DNA of 41,928 nt from Gemmatimonadota bacterium (GTDB lineage: Bacteria; Gemmatimonadota; Gemmatimonadetes; Gemmatimonadales; GWC2-71-9). The DNA lies in contig JBMOPM010000173.1 in NCBI GenBank assembly GCA_049323575.1, forward strand, positions 9,111-51,038. The letters are read 5' to 3'. Below, piece by piece: positions 35,989-41,928 of the stretch. The notes beneath the pieces are model-generated. The model saw only the letters and a program-made list of their open reading frames with translations. It made no database searches and was not told the DNA's origin. The position numbers and the translations under genes are program-made. Numbering within the stretch: the stretch's first letter is position 1; every line of letters begins with the position of its first letter.

Positions 35989-36031
35989 ACATGCAAGCAC
36001 AAACCGAAAATATGAAGCCAGGAACGACACT

Positions 36032-36844
36032 TTGCAACGCCCGGAGCCCCGTGTCGTGACCGGTTCTCCACCACCGTGCCGGTCGCTGGGGCGCCAGTGC
36101 AGGGCCGTGCCCGTCATCATCCGCGTGAGTTCCTTCGAGAAGTCCCGCAAGGAGACCGATCATGAGGCCACCTGGCTCCTAGGCCATACCGAGCGGATCG
36201 ACTTCGGCGACCCCTGGATCGAAAACGGCGACCTCTTCGTCGACGCCATGATCCGGGTGCCGTGCCGCTACCTCCGGACTGCCAGCGGCCAGGACCAGTG
36301 TCGGGCGCATGGGTTCTCCGGGCCGGCCCCCCGCGAGCGGCGGCGGCAGGAACAGCCGCGACGGCTCGGGGGCGACCGGTTCCGCCTGGCCGAAGGCGGC
36401 CGCCTGGTGGATCGTCGACTCCTTCCGCCGCCCCCGCCGGCGACGACTCGCCGCCTCCCGGTGCTGAACGGGAACAACCCGTGCGCCACGGCCAGGTGCC
36501 GGACGTCCGACGGCACCATCGGCGCCGCCTGTTGCCGCGACCTGCAGATCGAGATCATGTGCTCGCGACGGCAGACCCGCCTCGAGGCGCTCATCCGGTC
36601 GAGGAAGGCACCGTATCTCTGCAAGGTCACGCGCGAGGGCGATCTCTCGATCGAGGCCGAGGTCATCTCGGCCTGCGCCTACCTGGGCGAGGACGGCATC
36701 GCCTGCACCCTGCATGCGCGCACCCGGCCGGACGGCCGGCCCGCCAAGCCGGAGATGTGCAGCCACTGGCCGCCGCGGAAACTCCGGGATCAGCTTCACC
36801 CGGGATGTGCGTTTGCCAGGAAGGTGCCAGAGGCCAAGGGCTAG
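36032..36844 (+). CDS. Cys-cluster protein (YkgJ/UPF0153-like putative Fe-S or Zn binding)
   Basis: CATARCRTSDGTIGAACCRDL plus ACAYLGEDGIACTLHARTRPDGRPAKPEMCSHWP resembles the CxxCxxCC ... C.fL...g.C.iy..RP..C family pattern. The start is uncertain (TTG 36032, GTG 36125 or ATG 36248). Confidence 0.5.
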   Translation: MQRPEPRVVTGSPPPCRSLGRQCRAVPVIIRVSSFEKSRKETDHEATWLLGHTERIDFGDPWIENGDLFVDAMIRVPCRYLRTASGQDQCRAHGFSGPAPRERRRQEQPRRLGGDRFRLAEGGRLVDRRLLPPPPPATTRRLPVLNGNNPCATARCRTSDGTIGAACCRDLQIEIMCSRRQTRLEALIRSRKAPYLCKVTREGDLSIEAEVISACAYLGEDGIACTLHARTRPDGRPAKPEMCSHWPPRKLRDQLHPGCAFARKVPEAKG

Positions 36845-36860
36845 GTTCCGGGTGGTGGGC

Positions 36861-36912
36861 GGGAAACATCAATGCCTTCCGGACCGCAATCCCGGAAGGC
36901 ATTGGATTTCCC
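36861..36912. terminator. Bidirectional terminator / long palindrome between convergent genes
   Basis: A 13-bp perfect stem CAATGCCTTCCGG / CCGGAAGGCATTG with a 9-nt loop, flanked by GGGAAA ... TTTCCC. This supplies a T-run after the hairpin on both strands. Confidence 0.6.
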
Positions 36913-36964
36913 CTGCTCGCTGTTCACCGCGCACCAGGCGCGGACCACCGATCACCTGCGCCGA

Positions 36965-38320
36965 TCACCTGCCCTTTTCACGCCGCTCCAGCGCCACATC
37001 CGGCACGTAGTCGGCGATAGCCTCCTCATGCAGGAACTCGTGGCCGTGGCCATGGCCGCGCTCCAGGGTGAGGGTGATCTCGGCGAGACGCGGCGAGACC
37101 ATCGGGAAGGTGCGGGCAAAGAGGCCGTACGCCAGCAGGAACAGCCCGATGAACGCCAGCGTGGGGCCGAGTTCGGGAAGCCCGAAGACCGGCCCGGGCT
37201 CGTGGGTGACGGACGGCATCACCATGAGGTAGCGCTCCACCCACAGGGTGAAGAGGCTAACGGCGGTGAAGAGGCCGAGCGTCACGGGGTTCTTCTTCGC
37301 GGCCGCCCCGAGCAGGCCGATGAACGGGATGATGAACATCCCGAGGAACACCCAGCGGCCCACCGGCATCCACGGGCCCCACAGCCGCGAGAAGACGAAC
37401 CCGGTCTCCTCCGGCAGGTTGCCGTACCAGATGACCAGGAACTGGGCCCACATGAGGTAGGTCCAGAACACGGACATGCCGAAGACCATCTTGCCGTGGT
37501 CGTGCCGCTGCTTGGGCGAGACGAGGTCGGCGATGCCGAGGTGGCGCGCGCCGTAGAGCATGAGCAGGGCCTGCAGCGTGTGGGCGCCCAGGAACGACCC
37601 CATGAAGAACCAGCCACCGAACAGGTTCGAGAACCAGTGCGGCTGGAGCGCCATGATGGCGTCGAACGCGATCATGGTCATGACGATCGCATAGGCGAGG
37701 GCGAACAGCGGTGCCAGCCGGTAGATCTTGGCGTCATTCGCCGCCACCGCCTCGGGCGAGCCGTCGAACCCGGCCGACCACCGCTCGAACAGCGCCCGGC
37801 GGCTGCCGGTCACGGCGCCGCGGGCGGCGTGCAGGTCGGGCACGAGGTCGGCCCGGATGAGGGCGAAGCCCAGGCCGAAGAGGAGCAGGAGACCGAGGCC
37901 CAGGCGGGTGAACATGAACCCGTGGCTGAGCCATACCTGCTTGCCGTGAAACAGCGTGGGCAGGACTTCCAGCATGTGCCCGTAGACGTGCTCGTAGCCC
38001 ACGGTGTAGATGAGCAGGAACCCGACGAGTGACACCGGGATGAATGCGACGGCCGCCTGCGAGAACCGGATGATCACACCGGACCACTTGGCCTTGGCAA
38101 TCTTGTGCACCGCAGTGATCGCCAGGCTGCCGGCGGTCAGCCCGGTGAATACGATCCAGTTGACGTGGAACAGTTGCCACGCCCGGTCGGCGTGATCGCC
38201 GAGGCTCATGAGGAACAGACCGAGACCGGCCACGGCCAGCGCGCCGCCCAGGCCGATGAAGAGCCCGAACCTGCCGCTCACCGAACGGGCGATGAGGCGC
38301 TCCCTGAGGCGGTTGGCCAT
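36965..38320 (-). CDS. actF: Alternative complex III subunit ActF (NrfD-like membrane subunit)
   Basis: The ATG at 38320 shares a base with the actE stop. 451 aa and polytopic. Its position after actE matches the canonical actABCDEF order. Confidence 0.75.
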   Translation of the reverse strand: MANRLRERLIARSVSGRFGLFIGLGGALAVAGLGLFLMSLGDHADRAWQLFHVNWIVFTGLTAGSLAITAVHKIAKAKWSGVIIRFSQAAVAFIPVSLVGFLLIYTVGYEHVYGHMLEVLPTLFHGKQVWLSHGFMFTRLGLGLLLLFGLGFALIRADLVPDLHAARGAVTGSRRALFERWSAGFDGSPEAVAANDAKIYRLAPLFALAYAIVMTMIAFDAIMALQPHWFSNLFGGWFFMGSFLGAHTLQALLMLYGARHLGIADLVSPKQRHDHGKMVFGMSVFWTYLMWAQFLVIWYGNLPEETGFVFSRLWGPWMPVGRWVFLGMFIIPFIGLLGAAAKKNPVTLGLFTAVSLFTLWVERYLMVMPSVTHEPGPVFGLPELGPTLAFIGLFLLAYGLFARTFPMVSPRLAEITLTLERGHGHGHEFLHEEAIADYVPDVALERREKGR

Positions 38321-38949
38321 CAGTTCATCCCCCCGGCGTTCGCGACGCCCTCGGCCGGCGCCATCGACTGCAGCCTGCGCACGTAATTGACCACCGCCCA
38401 CCGGCCGACGGGCCGGTAGATCTTGTCGCCGTACTGCGGCATGACGCCTCGGCCGTAGCGGATGATGCTGTAGAGATAGCCGTCGGTGTACCCGCGGGCC
38501 CGCGGGGTGAGCAGCGAAGGCGCGCCGATGTAGCGGGAGACCGTGCCGTCGCCGGCACCGGTATCGCCGTGGCACATGGCGCAGTACGTGTGATACAGCG
38601 TGTCCCCCATCGCCTGGATGTCGCGCGCCTGCGGGTCGGTCGGGTTCACCAGCCGGTTGGCCGTCAGTGTGTCGAAGCCGTACTGGAGGTTGGCGGGGTC
38701 GCCCACGCGCCAATCGGCCTCGGGCACCACGACCTGGCCCGGCGCCTTCGCGAGCGGCACCGTGCCGGCCACGGCGTAGCGGGGAATGTCCGCGCGCTGG
38801 TAGGGCGCGACGGACCGCGACGTGATCATGTGGTCGAACCAGGGAATGGCCTTGACCGCGTCGTCCGGCGACGGGACGTCGTTGTACCACCAGTTGCAGC
38901 CGCTCACGGCCAGCAGCACGGCGGCGACGGCGAGGCGCCTAGCGCTCAT
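38320..38949 (-). CDS. actE: Alternative complex III subunit ActE (monoheme cytochrome c lipoprotein)
   Basis: Lipobox LLAVSGC and a single CAMCHG heme-binding motif. 209 aa. Confidence 0.8.
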   Translation of the reverse strand: MSARRLAVAAVLLAVSGCNWWYNDVPSPDDAVKAIPWFDHMITSRSVAPYQRADIPRYAVAGTVPLAKAPGQVVVPEADWRVGDPANLQYGFDTLTANRLVNPTDPQARDIQAMGDTLYHTYCAMCHGDTGAGDGTVSRYIGAPSLLTPRARGYTDGYLYSIIRYGRGVMPQYGDKIYRPVGRWAVVNYVRRLQSMAPAEGVANAGGMN

Positions 38950-39448
38950 GGCGGACCTCCACCGCGCCGACGGCAGTGAAGAGCTGGCGCACGGTGTCCT
39001 GCTTCACCGGCGGGCACGGCACGAAGATGCCGATGTGGTCGTTGGAGAAGCTGGGATCGTACAAGAAGCCCTTCGTACGCTTGCGCGCCGACAGGAGGAT
39101 CACGCCCGCCACGGTGCTGAGCGCACCAAGGAGAATGGTGAGCTCGAAGCCGATGACGACGTAGGCCGGCACCGCGTCAAACGGCTTGCCGCCCACCAGC
39201 AGCGGCCAGTCCCGCGCCATCCAGATCGCCATGGTGAAGCCGCCGGTGCAGCCGATCAGGCCGCCGAGCAGCGTGAACAGCCGGACCGGGCTCACCTTCT
39301 GATCGAGGGCCTCCTCGATCTCGTGGTTGGGCGCAGCCGAGTAGACCGTGATGTCGGTGTGCCCCAGCGCGCGGAGCTCCCGAATCGCGTCGCAGGCGGC
39401 GTCGACGTGGAAGAACGAGCCGAGGACGCCGGGCACCGTGGCGGCCAT
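38939..39448 (-). CDS. actD: Alternative complex III subunit ActD (DUF3341-like)
   Basis: The ATG at 39448 shares a base with the actC stop. 169 aa: MAATVPGVLGSFFHVDAACDAIRELR then two TM helices. The remainder of the tracked 486-aa ORF is out-of-frame overlap with actC. Confidence 0.75.
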   Translation of the reverse strand: MAATVPGVLGSFFHVDAACDAIRELRALGHTDITVYSAAPNHEIEEALDQKVSPVRLFTLLGGLIGCTGGFTMAIWMARDWPLLVGGKPFDAVPAYVVIGFELTILLGALSTVAGVILLSARKRTKGFLYDPSFSNDHIGIFVPCPPVKQDTVRQLFTAVGAVEVRHER

Positions 39449-40791
39449 CAGCGGGCTCCCTTCCTGCGCGGCATCGGAATCATCTCCTTGATTTCCTGAA
39501 TCGCCACCACGGGGAAGTTCCGGCAGAAGAGCAGGAACCACATCCCGAACCAGCCGAACGAACCGAGGAGGATGCACCAGTCGACCCAGGTCGGCTGGAA
39601 CTGGCCCCAGGCCCACGGCTGATAGTCGTTGTTGAGCGACGAGATGATGACGTAGCGCTCGAACCACATCCCGAGGTTGATGAAGATCGAGATCGTGAAG
39701 AGCGCAGGCAGGCTGGTGCGGATCTTCCTGAACCAGAGCAGCTGCGACACGAACGCGTTGCAAATGATCATGGTCCAGCCGGCCCACCACATCGGCCCGA
39801 AGGCCCGGCGCCAGAAGGTGGTCTGCTCGAACGGGCTCCCGCTGTACCAGGCGATGAAGTACTCCATCCCGTAGGCGTAGAACAGGATGGTGCCCGTCAG
39901 CAGGGTGAGCTTCGCCAGGTTGTCGAAGTGGTAGTCCGTGATCATGTGCTCGATCTTGAGCACCTTGCGCAGCGGGATGAGCAGCGTGAGCACCATCCCG
40001 ATGCCGGAGTAGATCGCGCCCGCCACGAAGTAGGGCGCGAAGATCGTCCCGTGCCAGCCCGGGACGATGGACACCGCGAAGTCCCAGGACACCACCGAGT
40101 GCACCGAGAGGACCAGCGGCGTGGCCAGCGCGGCGAGGTAGAGGTACGCCCGGGTGTAGTGGCGCCACTGGTTGTCGGTCCCCCGCCAGCCGAGCGAGGC
40201 CCAGGTGTAGATCTTTTTGCGCCACCCCGACACCTGGTCTCGCACCGCGGCGATGTCGGGCACGAGGCCGACGATGAGGAACGTGGTGGAGACGGTGAGG
40301 TAGGTGGAGATCGCGAACACGTCCCACGCCAGCGGTGACTTGAAGTTGGGCCAGAGCCAGCGCTGGTTGGGATAGGGCAGCAGCCAGTAGAAGATCCACT
40401 GCCGGCCGATGTGGATGATCGGGAAGAGCGCGGCCGTCATGACCGCGAACACCGTCATCGCCTCCGTGGCGCGGTAGACCGCCGTGCGCCAGGGGGACCG
40501 GAAGAGGAACAGGATCGCCGAGATCAGCGTGCCGGCGTGGCCGATGCCGACCCAGAACACGAACGTCGTGATGAACACGCCCCAGAATACCGGCGGCACG
40601 TACCCGGCGACACCGAGGCCCTCCTTGAGCATGTAGAGGAACGTGCCACCGAGGAGGGCCGTGCCCGCCGTCGCCGTGAGCAGCAGGGCGAGATAGCCCC
40701 GTCCCGGCTTGCCCAGCGTGGCGAGGACGTCCCGGGTGACCTCGGCGTGGGTCTGCGTAGGCAGACGCGAATCGTGTGCGATGACGGCCAT
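39448..40791 (-). CDS. actC: Alternative complex III subunit ActC (NrfD/PsrC-like quinol-interacting membrane subunit)
   Basis: 447 aa, about 10 TM segments, with NrfD-like segments FWGVFITTFVFWVGIGHAGTLISAILF. Confidence 0.85.
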   Translation of the reverse strand: MAVIAHDSRLPTQTHAEVTRDVLATLGKPGRGYLALLLTATAGTALLGGTFLYMLKEGLGVAGYVPPVFWGVFITTFVFWVGIGHAGTLISAILFLFRSPWRTAVYRATEAMTVFAVMTAALFPIIHIGRQWIFYWLLPYPNQRWLWPNFKSPLAWDVFAISTYLTVSTTFLIVGLVPDIAAVRDQVSGWRKKIYTWASLGWRGTDNQWRHYTRAYLYLAALATPLVLSVHSVVSWDFAVSIVPGWHGTIFAPYFVAGAIYSGIGMVLTLLIPLRKVLKIEHMITDYHFDNLAKLTLLTGTILFYAYGMEYFIAWYSGSPFEQTTFWRRAFGPMWWAGWTMIICNAFVSQLLWFRKIRTSLPALFTISIFINLGMWFERYVIISSLNNDYQPWAWGQFQPTWVDWCILLGSFGWFGMWFLLFCRNFPVVAIQEIKEMIPMPRRKGAR

Positions 40792-40794
40792 GGC

Positions 40795-41928
40795 TCAGTG
40801 CTCCGCGCCGTGAGCCGCCGCCGGGGGCTCGCGGTGATAGACCTTGGCGAGATACGTGACGGACGGCCGCACGTTGAGCTCCTCGAACACATGATAGCCG
40901 CGCGGGTCCTGCAACTGAGCGGCGATCTTCGACTCGGGATCCTTCACGTTGCCGAACGTGAGGGCGTGGGACGGGCAGGCCTGCTGGCAGGCGGTGACGA
41001 TGTCACCGTCCCTGAGCGGCCGGTCGGCGAGCCGGGCCTCGTTCTGCGCGGCGCGGATGCGCTGCACGCAGAAGGTGCACTTCTCCATCACGCCGCGCGC
41101 CCGCACCGTGACGTCCGGGTTGAGCTGCAGCGCCATCGGTTCGGGCCAGGCCCACTGGTTGTAGGCGCGCCAGTTGAAGTAGCGGACCTTGTACGGACAG
41201 TTGTTGGCGCAGTAGCGCGTGCCGACGCAGCGGTTGTACACCTGGCCGTTCAGGCCCTCGGGCGTGTGGTAGGCCGCGTACACCGGGCAGACCGGCTCGC
41301 AGGGCGCGTTGTCGCAGTGCTGGCACATCACCGGGACGAACCGGGCCTCGAGCGGCTCGCCGTCTTCCCCGCCCTCCCAGTACCGCTCGATGCGCATCCA
41401 GCTCATCTCGCGGCCGCGCAGCACCTCTTCCTCACCCACCCACGGGATGTTGTTCTCGGCATAGCACGCGGTGACGCAGGCCGAGCAGCCGGTGCAGCGG
41501 GAGAGGTCGACCGCCAGGCCCCACTTCGGCAGGTCCTCCGTGTAGTCGCCCAGGTAGGTGCGCTTCTTCTGGTTGCCGCTCCAGCCCTTGAGCGCCTCCT
41601 TCTCGCGCTCGGTGTTGATCTCGTGCGCGTGTCCGCCCATGGCGAGGAGCGCCTCCTCCGGCGTCATCCCCTTGCGGGCCAGCGCCAGCGGCATCGCCTC
41701 GGCGATACCCCGGCCGAGCTGGCGGGGATTGCCCTCGGTCTTGGCGACCTTCCTGTAGCCGCGGGTCTTCTCGACCGCCACCTTGGTGGCGAAGTACGGC
41801 AGGAAGCCGTTGCCGTCCTTGGCATCGAGGAGGTCGAGCGCGTTCACGCCACGGCCCTGGGCGAACTGGCCGAACTCGGTATGGCCCAGCCCGAGCGGCG
41901 TGGCCAGCACCCGGGGATGGATGCCGGC
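40795..41928 (-). CDS. actB: Alternative complex III subunit ActB, C-terminal part (end of molybdopterin-like domain plus 4Fe-4S ferredoxin domain); 5' end lies outside the window
   Basis: The frame stays open to the window edge. Cys clusters are [37 protein letters not shown] and CTFCVQRI...CQQACP. Confidence 0.85.
   Translation of the reverse strand, partial: AGIHPRVLATPLGLGHTEFGQFAQGRGVNALDLLDAKDGNGFLPYFATKVAVEKTRGYRKVAKTEGNPRQLGRGIAEAMPLALARKGMTPEEALLAMGGHAHEINTEREKEALKGWSGNQKKRTYLGDYTEDLPKWGLAVDLSRCTGCSACVTACYAENNIPWVGEEEVLRGREMSWMRIERYWEGGEDGEPLEARFVPVMCQHCDNAPCEPVCPVYAAYHTPEGLNGQVYNRCVGTRYCANNCPYKVRYFNWRAYNQWAWPEPMALQLNPDVTVRARGVMEKCTFCVQRIRAAQNEARLADRPLRDGDIVTACQQACPSHALTFGNVKDPESKIAAQLQDPRGYHVFEELNVRPSVTYLAKVYHREPPAAAHGAEH

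Noticed and set aside
36148-36182. AAGGAG followed 8 nt later by an ATG opening a 6-codon ORF (MRPPGS), considered as a leader peptide.
   Set aside because: It is too short and unsupported to call as a gene. It is mentioned only under the start-site ambiguity of the Cys-cluster ORF.
1-41928. A scan for CRISPR-like regularly spaced repeats, IS inverted repeats, rRNA and additional tRNAs.
   Set aside because: No regularly spaced direct repeats, transposase-like ORFs or further cloverleaf-compatible sequences were noticed. Absence by eye is not proof.

Overview
This is a very GC-rich (roughly 70% by eye) bacterial chromosomal window with dense coding and many 1-4 nt start/stop overlaps. No rRNA, CRISPR array, transposase or integrase was seen. 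The gene content (alternative complex III, SoxYZ, Big/RCC1 and M6-protease lipoproteins, weak Shine-Dalgarno usage) suggests a Gemmatimonadota-like organism, but that is inference only. I support about 40 genes. From left to right they are: a Big/RCC1 lipoprotein; an AlaX editing protein; an OMP beta-barrel; a frameshifted orphan AbiEii toxin next to tRNA-Ala(UGC); and a His-rich Ni/Co-type transporter. Next is a seven-gene coupled operon at 6658-13081 (HAD, nucleotidyltransferase, ATP-grasp, class-III aminotransferase, CDP-alcohol phosphatidyltransferase, Gfo/Idh/MocA oxidoreductase, flippase-like membrane protein). I could not match this operon to a characterised pathway, and it is my best candidate for an undescribed system, probably making or tailoring a polar lipid head group. 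After it come a seven-gene heme operon (hemB-L-Y-C-D-E-F), a divergent TetR/Zn-alcohol dehydrogenase pair, and an IorAB-type molybdoenzyme. A same-strand string follows: M6 protease, lipoprotein, SoxY, SoxZ, MBL-fold protein, rhodanese. Then a four-gene module resembling bacterial ceramide/phosphosphingolipid synthesis (Spt-like, GNAT, SDR, PAP2), a plastocyanin-like lipoprotein, a Cys-cluster protein, and actB(partial)CDEF of alternative complex III. All functional calls come from reading motifs in the supplied translations. No database search was run.
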